Source: Chthoniobacterales bacterium
GTDB lineage: Bacteria > Verrucomicrobiota > Verrucomicrobiia > Chthoniobacterales > Chthoniobacteraceae
Assembly (NCBI GenBank): GCA_038207335.1
Contig: JBBQZX010000021.1
Coordinates: forward strand, 40,909 to 104,908
Length of the DNA: 64,000 nucleotides
Direction of reading: 5' to 3'
Both the position numbers and the translations under genes were made by a program. Under the pieces are notes generated by a model that had not been told where the DNA came from, made no database searches, and saw only the letters and a program-made list of their open reading frames with translations. This document shows, in pieces, positions 53,712 to 62,886 of the stretch (the first letter of the stretch is position 1; every line of letters begins with the position of its first letter).

Positions 53712-54945
53712 GAATCCGCTGCGGAGGATCGAGCCGCAGCCAACCGATAGCGCGATTTTCACCCGGCGACAAACGCGCGGAATCGAGTTCGGCTGAGAGA
53801 CGGAAAGTGGCGCTATTTTCACCCGGATCGAGCGTGAAGCCGGGGAGCGCGTCGCTCGAAACGAGGCGCGCGCTTTTCCACTCGGCGACGACTGTGGGCG
53901 GGATGGGCTCGTCGAGTTCGCCGTCGTTGATGAGCGCGATGTCGGTGGGATTTGCGTCGGTGGCCTCGACGCGGAGGGCGCTGTGCGGGGTGCGTCCGGC
54001 GATGATCGCGGCGAGGGTGGGCCAGCGCCAATTCATCGTGTCGGAGCGGAGCGGGAGGCGATACCAGAGGATGCCGGTGAGGTTTGCGGGTCGCTCGCGC
54101 GTCCATGCCTGCACGAGCACCGAGAGTTGGCGCGCGTCGGCGCGGATGATGCGCGCAGGGGTGTCGCGCGGCCACGCGAGGCCGGGTCCCTCGGCGGAGA
54201 GGCCGGCGAGATTTCCGGCGCGGTCGAATGCGGCGCGGACGCTGTAGGTCGGCAGGGCGACGCGAAATGGGACGCCGATTTTTGCGGCGCACCGCATCCA
54301 TGCGTCGGCTTTTGCGGGGTCGCAGAGGGTGGGCGTGGGGTCTGCGACGCGGGGCTTTTCGACGGAGTGGACTTGCAAGACGAAGCTGCCGGCTTCGCGC
54401 GCGACGGTGGAAAAATCGCGCTGGGCGAGCCAAATCGGCAGCGCGGTGATGCTGATGGGGACAGGCGCGGCGGCAAGTTTGATGGCGGCGACCCAGGTGC
54501 CGTATCCGGCGAGGCGCGAGTCGGCACAGTCGAAGTCGATTTGCAGTTCGCTCGCTGGGATGCCAGCGGCGGCGGCTTCGGCCAGGATGTCGCGGGCGAG
54601 TTTGCAGAGCGTGTCGATGGCTGGGCCGGAGCTTTGAAATGGGCCGGAAAACGCGCCGATGCGGAGGGCGAGGCCGAGCGGGCGGCCGGTGGATTTGAGA
54701 GCGGCGAAATCGATTTTTGGGCGGACGATTTCGGGGGCGCTGGCTTTCCACAAGACCTCGGCGGCGAGTGGGACGAATCCGGCGGCTAGGGGCCGGGCGC
54801 GCGTGAGAGCATCGGTGACGGCGGGCGTCCAGATGCGCTGCCAGACGTAGATTTCGTGCGGGAGCGGGCCGGAGGCTTGTGGCGCCTGGCTGCACGAGGA
54901 GGCGAGCGCGGCGGTGGCAAGGAGCGTGAGGAGCCGGCGAGTCAC
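53689..54945 (-). CDS. DUF3142 domain lipoprotein
   Basis: YVWQRIW, LQIDFDC, SITALPIW, FVLQVH, FRVALPTY, ILWYRLP...NW. Confidence 0.85.
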   Translation of the reverse strand: MTRRLLTLLATAALASSCSQAPQASGPLPHEIYVWQRIWTPAVTDALTRARPLAAGFVPLAAEVLWKASAPEIVRPKIDFAALKSTGRPLGLALRIGAFSGPFQSSGPAIDTLCKLARDILAEAAAAGIPASELQIDFDCADSRLAGYGTWVAAIKLAAAPVPISITALPIWLAQRDFSTVAREAGSFVLQVHSVEKPRVADPTPTLCDPAKADAWMRCAAKIGVPFRVALPTYSVRAAFDRAGNLAGLSAEGPGLAWPRDTPARIIRADARQLSVLVQAWTRERPANLTGILWYRLPLRSDTMNWRWPTLAAIIAGRTPHSALRVEATDANPTDIALINDGELDEPIPPTVVAEWKSARLVSSDALPGFTLDPGENSATFRLSAELDSARLSPGENRAIGWLRLDPPQRIHVTTHPH

Positions 54946-55622
54946 ATGAGCGTGGCGAGGACGGCGTTCAGGTCGGAGAGGTCTTCGAAGATGAGGTCAG
55001 GGGTGTGCTCGGCGAGTTGGGCGCGAGTGAAGTTGCCTGTGGCGATGGCGACGGCCTTTGCGCCGATTTCTCGGGCGCAGGTGATGTCGTGCGGGGTGTC
55101 GCCGAGGACGTAGATGCGGTCGGGGGGGAAGTCGATGCCGTGGCGCTCGTGGGCGCGGCGGCGGGCGACGGCGCCGAGTTGGTTGCGGTCGTGATGATCG
55201 TCGGCGAATGCGCCGAAGTCGAAGTAGTGCCAGACGCCGTAGTGGGTCAGCTTGAGTTCGGCGCCGCGCGCGAGGTTGCCGGTGAGGAGGCCGAGGAGGA
55301 TGTCGGGACGCGGGGCGAGGGCGTCGAGGAGGGGGATAATTCCGGGAAGGAGACGGCCTTGGAGTTGTGGTAGGAGGAGGGCGAGGTGGTGGAGGTATCC
55401 GTCGAAGAATGCGGTGAGATTTTCGGGCGTGGCGTCGATGTGGTGGGCATTGAACATCGCGCGGGCGATGCCGGAGTCGGTGCGCCCGGCGATTTCGATT
55501 TGCTTGAGGTCGTCGTCGATGCCGAAGCGGTCGCGGAAGCCGAGGCGCAGCGCCTTTTCACCGGCGCCGCCGCTTGTGATGAGGGTGCCGTCGATGTCGA
55601 AGAGGATGAGTTTTTTTTGCAT
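54942..55622 (-). CDS. HAD family hydrolase
   Basis: LFDIDGTL, LLTGN, GDTPHD. Confidence 0.93.
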   Translation of the reverse strand: MQKKLILFDIDGTLITSGGAGEKALRLGFRDRFGIDDDLKQIEIAGRTDSGIARAMFNAHHIDATPENLTAFFDGYLHHLALLLPQLQGRLLPGIIPLLDALAPRPDILLGLLTGNLARGAELKLTHYGVWHYFDFGAFADDHHDRNQLGAVARRRAHERHGIDFPPDRIYVLGDTPHDITCAREIGAKAVAIATGNFTRAQLAEHTPDLIFEDLSDLNAVLATLM

Positions 55623-55640
55623 GGGATGTGAAAATGGAAA

Positions 55641-55668
55641 CGGCCTCCAGATTGAGGCTGGAGGCCGG
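55641..55668. terminator. GC-rich hairpin between HAD and the coiled-coil genes
   Basis: cggcctccag-attgagg-ctggaggccg. Confidence 0.55.
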
Positions 55669-55732
55669 TTCGTGAATGGTTGTCTCGGTGTTTGTTAGGA
55701 TCGAGGACGAGGACGATTTCGAAGCTCGCGAC

Positions 55733-56134
55733 TTACTCTTTTTTTTCGGCCTTCTTGTCTTCGGTCGGCTTCGATTCCGCTGGCGGGGTTTGGCGCTGGA
55801 TGCCCCACTTCTCGACGATTTTTTTGGCGTCGGCGTCGGTTTTTGCGAGTTCGACGACGTCGGTGAGGAGGGAGGTGTATTGCGCCTGGACGGCACCCGT
55901 TTGTTTTTCGAGGTCGCCGCGTTTTGCGACGAGTTCGTCCGTTTGTTTTTTGACGTCAGCGAGGTTGACGAGCTGTTTGTCGATGTTGCCGAGCTGCCAG
56001 TTGAGGGTCTTGGTGCCGCGCTTGATTGCGCCGATTTGCGCGCCGAGGAAGATGGAGGCGGCGAGGGCGAGGAGGGTGATTGGAAGGTGAATGCCGAGGG
56101 AGGAGGGAGCTTCGGGTTCGAGTTCGGGTTCCAT
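55733..56134 (-). CDS. Single-TM coiled-coil hypothetical protein
   Basis: TM then heptad-rich region; ends LLTDVVELAKTDADAKKIVEKWGI. Confidence 0.8.
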   Translation of the reverse strand: MEPELEPEAPSSLGIHLPITLLALAASIFLGAQIGAIKRGTKTLNWQLGNIDKQLVNLADVKKQTDELVAKRGDLEKQTGAVQAQYTSLLTDVVELAKTDADAKKIVEKWGIQRQTPPAESKPTEDKKAEKKE

Positions 56135-56147
56135 GAGTTTTAAGGAA

Positions 56148-56516
56148 TTAGGGGTTTGCGGGGGCGGGGGTTTTGGCGGCTTCCTCGGCTGCTTTTTCGT
56201 TCACGGTGACGCCGTATTTCGCGAGGAGTTTTTTGATGTCTTCGTTCTTGCTCTGGACGGCGAGGCCGCCGAGGTCGCGGAGGACGGCTGGCCCGATTTC
56301 CTGGGCGAGTTTGGTGCCTTGGTTGATGCGCTCGGTCTGGAGTTGGAGCTGTTGTTGGGCGATTTGAGCGGTCTGTTGCTGGGTCTGGTATTCGTCCTGT
56401 TTTTTCTGCATTTCAGCCTGGAGATTCTGGCTGGCGGTGCCGGCGAAGAAGAGCCAGATGCTCAGGGTGAGGCAGAGGCTGGCCGCTGCGATGGAGATGA
56501 TGCTGGGAAGTTTCAT
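56148..56516 (-). CDS. Single-TM Gln-rich coiled-coil hypothetical protein
   Basis: TM then Q-rich coil; ends VLRDLGGLAVQSKNEDIKKLLAKYGV. Confidence 0.8.
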   Translation of the reverse strand: MKLPSIISIAAASLCLTLSIWLFFAGTASQNLQAEMQKKQDEYQTQQQTAQIAQQQLQLQTERINQGTKLAQEIGPAVLRDLGGLAVQSKNEDIKKLLAKYGVTVNEKAAEEAAKTPAPANP

Positions 56517-56680
56517 GGGGTCGGGGTTTTTCGTGCAGAGAGGGCGGAGGGTCAAGTGCCGCGGTTAAATTTTGGCGGTGATTTTAGCCTTGAGGCGATT
56601 GGCGGAAACGTGGATGCACATTGAAATCGGATGGCGGAGTGTGGCTGCCGCAGCTGGGTGCTCGGAGAAGGCAGCGAGCG

Positions 56681-57823
56681 TTATTTTTCTACAAAAGGAG
56701 CGCAGGACTCGCGCTCGACGAGGCGGACGGGGAAGATTTCTTTTTTAGGGATGTAGGAGATGCCTTCTCGGACGAGGCGATCGACTTCGCGGACGGCGTT
56801 TTCGGCAAGTTCTTCGGCTGGGATGTGGACTGTGGTTAGGGCGGGGGCTGTGAAGTGGGCAGGGGAATCGTCGCCGCAGCCGACGATGCTGAGTTCGCCA
56901 GGGATTTTGCAGCCGGCGGCGTGGGCGGCGGCGATGAGGCCGACTGCTGCCGCGTCGGACATGCAGAAGACGGCGGTGGGGGCGGGTTGGCGCTCGCGGA
57001 GGGCGGCGAATGCTGCGACGCCGGACTGGAATGTGAGGTCGCCGTAGATGACGTGCTGGGCCTCCATGGAGAGGTCGAATTGCTCGAAGGCGAGGCGGAC
57101 GCCGTGGTTCATCTCGATGGTCTGAGGCTCGGTGGCGCCGAAGGGGCCGGAGAGGATTCCGATGCGCCGGTGACCGAGGTGGAGGAGGTGTTCGACGCCG
57201 AGGTGGGAGGCGAGGCGGTAGTCGGGGATGAGGCTGAGGACGCCGGGGAGTGGGACGTCGTAGCCGAGGGAGACGAGGGGCCATCCGCGGCGGATGAGGA
57301 CTTGGATGAGGGAGGCATTGGGGGCGCCGAAGAGGATGAATTTCGACGCGACTCCGGTGCGGACGGCGTGGGGGAGGAGCTCGGGGTCGCCGGAGTAGTC
57401 GGCGGTCTCGTCGTAGCAGCCGACGGTGAGGCTGCGGCGGTGGTCGCCGGAGGTGTCCATGGTGGCGCCGGCGATGCGGGCGACGAGGGGGTCGGCGAGG
57501 CCGGCTTCGCGCTTGCTGGTGACGAGGAGGCAGAATTCGCCGAGTTCGGGATACATGCGGACGACGGCGCGGAGGTCGTTCGGGACGTATCCCATCTCGC
57601 GGCAGACGCGGAAGACGCGCTCGCGGGTTTTTTCGCTGACGCGGATGCCATAGTCGCGGTCGTTGAGGAGGGAGGAGATGGCTCCCTGGGAGACATTCGC
57701 AGCCTTGGCGATTTGGGCCATGGTGATGGTCTTCTGCATCTCGCCGCTGCGTCGGGGGGATTTATCATCACCGCCCGCCGGGAGGTCGCTGGCGGACGAC
57801 GATCCCTCGTTGGGCAAATTCAT
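56681..57823 (-). CDS. LacI family transcriptional regulator
   Basis: ITMAQIAKAANVSQGAISSLLN HTH, LGHRRIG, FCMSDAAA, PALTTVH; start may be 57739. Confidence 0.92.
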   Translation of the reverse strand: MNLPNEGSSSASDLPAGGDDKSPRRSGEMQKTITMAQIAKAANVSQGAISSLLNDRDYGIRVSEKTRERVFRVCREMGYVPNDLRAVVRMYPELGEFCLLVTSKREAGLADPLVARIAGATMDTSGDHRRSLTVGCYDETADYSGDPELLPHAVRTGVASKFILFGAPNASLIQVLIRRGWPLVSLGYDVPLPGVLSLIPDYRLASHLGVEHLLHLGHRRIGILSGPFGATEPQTIEMNHGVRLAFEQFDLSMEAQHVIYGDLTFQSGVAAFAALRERQPAPTAVFCMSDAAAVGLIAAAHAAGCKIPGELSIVGCGDDSPAHFTAPALTTVHIPAEELAENAVREVDRLVREGISYIPKKEIFPVRLVERESCAPFVEK

Positions 57824-57848
57824 TGGCCGAGAAGTAGCGGGAGCACAG

Positions 57849-57872
57849 AAATCAGCAAGTCATTGCTGATTT
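57849..57872. promoter_or_regulatory. Perfect 10-bp inverted repeat upstream of LacI (candidate operator)
   Basis: AAATCAGCAA-gtca-TTGCTGATTT. Confidence 0.5.
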
Positions 57873-57968
57873 TTGATTGGGGAGTGAAGGAACGTGCGGC
57901 GCGGGATTCGAGCGCGAGCGGCCGTTTGAGAAATGCACCGCTCGTCGTTGAAACGCAGAGTCTTGGTT

Positions 57969-58043
57969 AAGCAGGAAAACAAGAACACAGGAAAACCGGG
58001 ATTTCGGAGGCATCGGCCATTCCTGTTTTCTGCTTTCCTGCTT
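57969..58043. repeat. Long imperfect palindrome of CAGGAAA-type units
   Basis: aagcaggaaaacaagaacacaggaa ... ttcctgttttctgctttcctgctt. Confidence 0.65.
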
Positions 58044-58087
58044 CGCTCCCACATTTTCAAACGCTGCCGCTCAGAGTCCGGCAATCG

Positions 58088-60016
58088 CTACTCCGGCAGG
58101 ATCACCTTTTTAAGCCGGTCGATGCCTTCGCGGGCGAAGTCGCTCGCGGGATACATTTTCTGCGCTTTCAAAAACCAGGCGAGGCTGGAGCCGATTTGGT
58201 CTTTCTTCTCGAGGTCCTGCGCGCCGCGGACGGTGTGGACGAAGTCGGATGCCTGCGTGGTGAGGTCGGCGCGGATTTGGCTGAGCTTGCTGTCGGCGGG
58301 AAATTGAGGAGCGATTTTTTCGACGCTCTCCCATGCGCCGGGGAAGTTGCTCTGCCGCGCCATTTCGTCGGCGCGCATGATGGCGGTCTCGATGGTTTTC
58401 ATTTCGTCCATGACTTTCCCGAGCTGCGTGGCGCGATCGGGATAGGTGGCGGTGGCGGCGATGAAACGCGCGCCGTTGTCGTAAATCTGGCGGTAGTTTT
58501 TCTGCGCGAGGAGCTGGTCGAATTCGCTGATGGAGCGCTGCTGCACGTCGCCCTGGTCGAAGATTTTTTGCGAAATTTCGCCGAGTTCGGGATTGCGCGG
58601 CCAGATTTCAGTGGCGGCGGTGAGCTCCTGCTCGAGCGTGGTTTTATCTCCGCTGATCGCGGCGTTGCGGGCTTTCGCAAGGTGCATTCGCGCGACGGTT
58701 TTCGAGGTCTCGATTGCGGCGAGCGGCTTGGAACTGTCGAAGTCTTTTGCGATCGGCGCGAGTTCATTGACGAGCTTTTCGGCGAGCGCGAAATCTTTCA
58801 CGTCGATGGCGGAGATGAGCTGGTTGGACTTTTGCGCGAACTCGAGAACTTTCCGCTTTTCGGAGCGCGGGAGTGTGCGGATTTCGGGCATGTATTCGCC
58901 GACGGAAAATGCCTCGGCGAGGCGCTTGCTGCCGCTCTCGAGTTCGTTGCTCTGGAGGAGAAATGAAAACGCGCGGACGCCTTCGCGCACGTCGCGGACG
59001 GCTTCATTTGCGAGGCCGTCGAGAGTGGTGACGGTGGGCGCCATTCCGGCGGTTTTCGTGAAGAGGTCTTTGGATTCTTTGCCGAGATTCAGCTTTGAGT
59101 CGCCGTCGTCGAAAATCGCGCGATAGAAGCGCGTGGCCATGAGGACGTGCTGGAAGCGCCTCTGCAAAAAGAACTGAACGATGAGCGCCTGGTATTCGAC
59201 TTTTGCGGCGATTTCGGAGAGCTCGCGCTTGAGTTCGTTGGATTTCTGGCGCGCGATCATTTCACCGAGGCGGCGCGTTTTCCAATCGCTGGTGTCGAGG
59301 GCGGCTTGCTTTGCGTCGGTGGCTGTCTCGGCGGCTGGCGGCGGAGGCGCGGGTGCGGCTCCGTTCTTGCCGGCGCGAGGGGATTTGAGATTTGCAGCGG
59401 CCTGCTGCGCGTGCTGCGCAGCGGCGTTGCGACCACGGGTTTCGAGCTCGAGTTTTTGGATGTCGTAATCCATCGCGACGTTTGCGGAGCCGAGGCGCTG
59501 CTGCTGCCGTTGCGCGGTCCAGACGGTGTAAACGGCGTCGGCGAGCGCGTCGCAGAGCCGCGCATCGATGTCGTAATCGGAGCCGCGACGCAGGAGGCGA
59601 AACGCGTAGTCGATATTCACCTGCGTGGCCGCGCCGGGCGCGAGGCGGTTGAGGATTTCGTTGATTATCGCCTGATATTGCTTGTCCTCGGCGGAGGTGG
59701 CTTCGGGTGCATTCAGATATTTTTCAAACCGCATCTGGAAGAGGCGGTTGTTGTTCACATTCCAGTTTTTGCCGTCCCATGTGAGCACTTCGGTGCCGGG
59801 GTCGAACATCGGCGCATCGGTGCCGAGAAAGCTGGATGCCGGCTTGCTACCGGCAGCGGGCGCGGGCTGCGAAGCCTGTGCTGGAGGGGGTGGCGGGGTG
59901 GCGGGCGCATCGGGCACTTGTGCGTAGAGGGTGCCCGCGGCGGTGAAAAGCGCGCCCAGCACGAGCGGCGCAGCGGATGCGAATCGTCGAGGTTTGGAGT
60001 CTGAAAAAGCCTTCAT
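58088..60016 (-). CDS. Secreted alpha-helical hypothetical protein (642 aa)
   Basis: Signal peptide ending LYAQ, Pro-rich linker, helical/TPR-like C-terminus; ATGA overlap with the upstream gene. Confidence 0.8.
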   Translation of the reverse strand: MKAFSDSKPRRFASAAPLVLGALFTAAGTLYAQVPDAPATPPPPPAQASQPAPAAGSKPASSFLGTDAPMFDPGTEVLTWDGKNWNVNNNRLFQMRFEKYLNAPEATSAEDKQYQAIINEILNRLAPGAATQVNIDYAFRLLRRGSDYDIDARLCDALADAVYTVWTAQRQQQRLGSANVAMDYDIQKLELETRGRNAAAQHAQQAAANLKSPRAGKNGAAPAPPPPAAETATDAKQAALDTSDWKTRRLGEMIARQKSNELKRELSEIAAKVEYQALIVQFFLQRRFQHVLMATRFYRAIFDDGDSKLNLGKESKDLFTKTAGMAPTVTTLDGLANEAVRDVREGVRAFSFLLQSNELESGSKRLAEAFSVGEYMPEIRTLPRSEKRKVLEFAQKSNQLISAIDVKDFALAEKLVNELAPIAKDFDSSKPLAAIETSKTVARMHLAKARNAAISGDKTTLEQELTAATEIWPRNPELGEISQKIFDQGDVQQRSISEFDQLLAQKNYRQIYDNGARFIAATATYPDRATQLGKVMDEMKTIETAIMRADEMARQSNFPGAWESVEKIAPQFPADSKLSQIRADLTTQASDFVHTVRGAQDLEKKDQIGSSLAWFLKAQKMYPASDFAREGIDRLKKVILPE

Positions 60017-60411
60017 GATTTTCGGACGTCGGCCGCGCGCAGCACGCCTTTTTCGCCGACCTCGATTTTGAAAAGATAGCGCTGCCCGCGTTCGATATTC
60101 ACATGGTTGAACTCCGGCGGCACGAGAACGGGCACGAGGCTGTTTTCGCTCACGACATTCACCGAAAAAAGCCGTCCGCCCGTGCGCGAAACCTCGAGCG
60201 ACGCCTCGATCGTCGCCTCCATTTTATACGTGTTGCCGCGCATCGAATTCGAGTTTTCCAGATAATCCCGCACCGGTAGCTCGGTGACCGTGCGATATGG
60301 ATCACTCACGCGACTGAAGAGGAACGCGCCTCCTGCGACTGCGGCGAGCAGCATCACGGCGGCGATGAGGATCCACGCGGGATGCACTGGGGAGCTTGCG
60401 CGGCGGGCCAT
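60013..60411 (-). CDS. Membrane-anchored small beta-rich (OB-fold-like) hypothetical protein
   Basis: Single TM then YLENSNSMRGNTY...NIERGQRYLFKIEVGEKG. Confidence 0.75.
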   Translation of the reverse strand: MARRASSPVHPAWILIAAVMLLAAVAGGAFLFSRVSDPYRTVTELPVRDYLENSNSMRGNTYKMEATIEASLEVSRTGGRLFSVNVVSENSLVPVLVPPEFNHVNIERGQRYLFKIEVGEKGVLRAADVRKS

Positions 60412-60437
60412 GGGGAAAGTAGTGGGGGATTGGAGGA

Positions 60438-60479
60438 AACGTTCAACGATCAACTTTCAGCGTCCAACATTCAATGTCG
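60438..60479. repeat. Six degenerate 7-bp tandem repeats
   Basis: aacgttc aacgatc aactttc agcgtcc aacattc aatgtcg. Confidence 0.7.
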
Positions 60480-60563
60480 GCGATGCGCATTCGCCGTTGT
60501 GCGGAGGACTTCGAAAGTCTAGCCCCGCGCAGCCGGCGCATGAAAGGACGCGGGGAGCGACGC

Positions 60564-61739
60564 CTACCGGATCGGGCCCCAATGCGCCGTGAACGGCCAA
60601 TAAACCAGCACTCCGCGGCCCATGATATTTTCCTGCGGCACCGCTGCTGCCGAAACTCCGAGCCCCGCGCGGCGGCCCCAATCGCGGCTGTCGGAGCTGT
60701 GGAAACTGTTGTCGCCGAGCGCGAAATAATTTTTCTCCGGCACCTGAAAAGTCTCTTCCGGTGTGCCGAGGAGATTCATGCGAAAACGCATGACTTGCCC
60801 GTCGGGCGTGGCCTGCTCGGACTCGTTTGAATATCCTCGATATCCATTTTGCGTCGACATCACGCGGTCAAATCCCGTGCCTTTCGCTCGCGCCCCATTG
60901 ATGAAAAGCTCCGGCGGACGAATCTGCAGCACGTCGCCCGGGAGCCCCCCGAGGCGCTTGATGTAATACTGCGACGGGCCCTGCATCATGGTCTGCTGGT
61001 TCTCGCGCGTCGGGATCGACTCGGTATTGAAAACGAAAACGTTCCCTCGCTGCGGATGGCGAAAGTGGTACGTGAATTTGTCCACAAAAACATGGTCGCC
61101 CGTGTCGTAGTAACCACGCGCGATCACCTCGCCTGCCTTGAAATCATGCAGCGGCGCGAGCAGGTAGCGCTCGAGCGTGTCGCGCGGACAATCGACGAGA
61201 TACTGATCGCGCTGGCCGACCAGAAGCGTGCGCGTTAGGACGCCGAAACGCTTCACCTCGCGGATGTCCACGATGACATCGTCACTTTTCGCCACCACAT
61301 CGACGAACGTGCGGCCGTGAATCGCAAACTCCAGAAGCCGCATCGCGATCGCAGGCGGTGGCGCGTCCGTCTTGTATCCGATGATGCCGTTGAGCGTCGG
61401 CTGCATCGAGCCGGTCGGGATCGTGAATGGCTGCAAAAAATACGTGCGCACGCCGAGCGCGATGACGATCGCGACGAGGAAAACCTCGCAATTCTCCCGC
61501 CAGCCCGCGTCCGCCATCGGCTTCGTGTTTTTGCCCGCGAGTGCATCGAGCTTTTGCGCCGCATCCTCGATTCTACGGGCATCGCGGGCCCGCACAGCCT
61601 CGTCGAGCGTGATGATCTGTTGCTCGAATTCGCGAACCGCATTTTCGCTCCAGAGATCGCGTTTGTAGGCAAGCAATTTGCGGGCGTCTTTGAGGAATGC
61701 GCGGCCGTGCTTCACATGCCGCGGAGTGAGGAAAAACAT
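60564..61739 (-). CDS. lepB: Signal peptidase I
   Basis: PFTIPTGSMQPTL (Ser), GDHVFVDK, YYIKRL (Lys), LGDNSFHSSDSRDWG. Confidence 0.95.
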   Translation of the reverse strand: MFFLTPRHVKHGRAFLKDARKLLAYKRDLWSENAVREFEQQIITLDEAVRARDARRIEDAAQKLDALAGKNTKPMADAGWRENCEVFLVAIVIALGVRTYFLQPFTIPTGSMQPTLNGIIGYKTDAPPPAIAMRLLEFAIHGRTFVDVVAKSDDVIVDIREVKRFGVLTRTLLVGQRDQYLVDCPRDTLERYLLAPLHDFKAGEVIARGYYDTGDHVFVDKFTYHFRHPQRGNVFVFNTESIPTRENQQTMMQGPSQYYIKRLGGLPGDVLQIRPPELFINGARAKGTGFDRVMSTQNGYRGYSNESEQATPDGQVMRFRMNLLGTPEETFQVPEKNYFALGDNSFHSSDSRDWGRRAGLGVSAAAVPQENIMGRGVLVYWPFTAHWGPIR

Positions 61740-61858
61740 GAGGGCGCGTGCTTACCCCGCGCCTTTCCCAATGGCAAGGCGCGCTCGACATCCCGCGGCA
61801 CGGGCCGCGAGGAAATGGCTCGCCGGAGTGCCGCCGCCGCGCTACTCGCTCTGTCCAT

Positions 61859-62164
61859 ATGCGAAGGGATTTGGAGCGTCGGCGCTTCCTGCAGAGCTGC
61901 TTCCTGCTGCTCGGCGGAGCGATTTGCGGAGCGGCCGAGGTGACTATCGAGGACGCCGCCGTCGCATCTTCATTCATCGAAAAAATCGGATACTCGAAAG
62001 CCGCGCGCGTGCTCGAAATCCAACTTCGCAGCCGAGCCCGATATCGCTATCGCGGAGTGCCCGAAGCGGTTTGGGTCGAACTCATGCGAGCGGAATCCAA
62101 GGGGCGCTATTTTTCTAAAAACATCCGGGAAAAATATCCCTGCGAACGTGTCGCCGTGCCATGA
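61859..62164 (+). CDS. KTSC domain protein with a twin-arginine-like signal peptide
   Basis: ERRRFLQ plus hydrophobic stretch; VASSFIEKIGY...LEIQL...YRYRGVP...LMRAESKGRYFSKNIR. Confidence 0.8.
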   Translation: MRRDLERRRFLQSCFLLLGGAICGAAEVTIEDAAVASSFIEKIGYSKAARVLEIQLRSRARYRYRGVPEAVWVELMRAESKGRYFSKNIREKYPCERVAVP

Positions 62165-62334
62165 GAATGACACGAAGCGAGATCGTCCTGATCGTCATCG
62201 TGATGATCGCACTGCTCGCCGGCACGATCGCAAAACACTACCGCCACGCTGCTCGTGTCCGGATCACCGCCGCGCTTGCAGCTGCCAAACCCGGCACCCC
62301 TCCGCCGCGCACGCCGCGGCCCCCGCGAAAATAA
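62161..62334 (+). CDS. Small single-TM protein (57 aa, not in the ORF track)
   Basis: ATGA overlap with the KTSC stop; MRMTRSEIVLIVIVMIALLAGTIAKHYRH...PRK-stop. Confidence 0.65.
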   Translation: MRMTRSEIVLIVIVMIALLAGTIAKHYRHAARVRITAALAAAKPGTPPPRTPRPPRK

Positions 62335-62386
62335 CAGCGCTTGTGCGCTGGTGCGCTGGTGCTATCGCTGAAACGCCCCGCAGCCC

Positions 62387-62785
62387 ATGAACGCAAAACT
62401 TTTAGTCGCACTCATTCTCGTCTCATCCGGCACCCCGCTGCTCGCCGTGGACCGCTGGAATCCGAGCTATCGTCCGTCGCGTGAGACGCTCGCCAGAGAC
62501 CGTACCCACGCGCTCGTCCTTCCTGAGCGCGCAAAATCCGGCGCGGCGCGACCGCAAGGCCCGCTGCGTGCGCCAAAAGCGACGCTTCAAAAATACCGTT
62601 CCGAACCGCTTCAAAAGGGAGGCGGACGCGCCGCTACCGATCCGCGGCGGAGCGGTCGTGCATCCTACGCCGAGCGCGCCTCCCAGCCCAGAAGGACGCA
62701 GACAACTCCGCTTCGAGGGAGCGTTAAGGAAACTGTCCATTCACGGAATCTGACAGCGCGTTCACTGCGGACCGACCTGCATTGA
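62387..62785 (+). CDS. Secreted basic hypothetical protein
   Basis: Signal-peptide-like N-terminus, Arg-rich low-structure body. Confidence 0.5.
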   Translation: MNAKLLVALILVSSGTPLLAVDRWNPSYRPSRETLARDRTHALVLPERAKSGAARPQGPLRAPKATLQKYRSEPLQKGGGRAATDPRRSGRASYAERASQPRRTQTTPLRGSVKETVHSRNLTARSLRTDLH

Positions 62786-62886
62786 TCGGGAGCTCCGGTT
62801 GGGCATTCGGTCACACAAATCGCAGGTGAGCTCTGCTGTAGTGGGCGCGTCAGATTCGAAACTTTGCGAAAAGTGAATTTTTTGTG

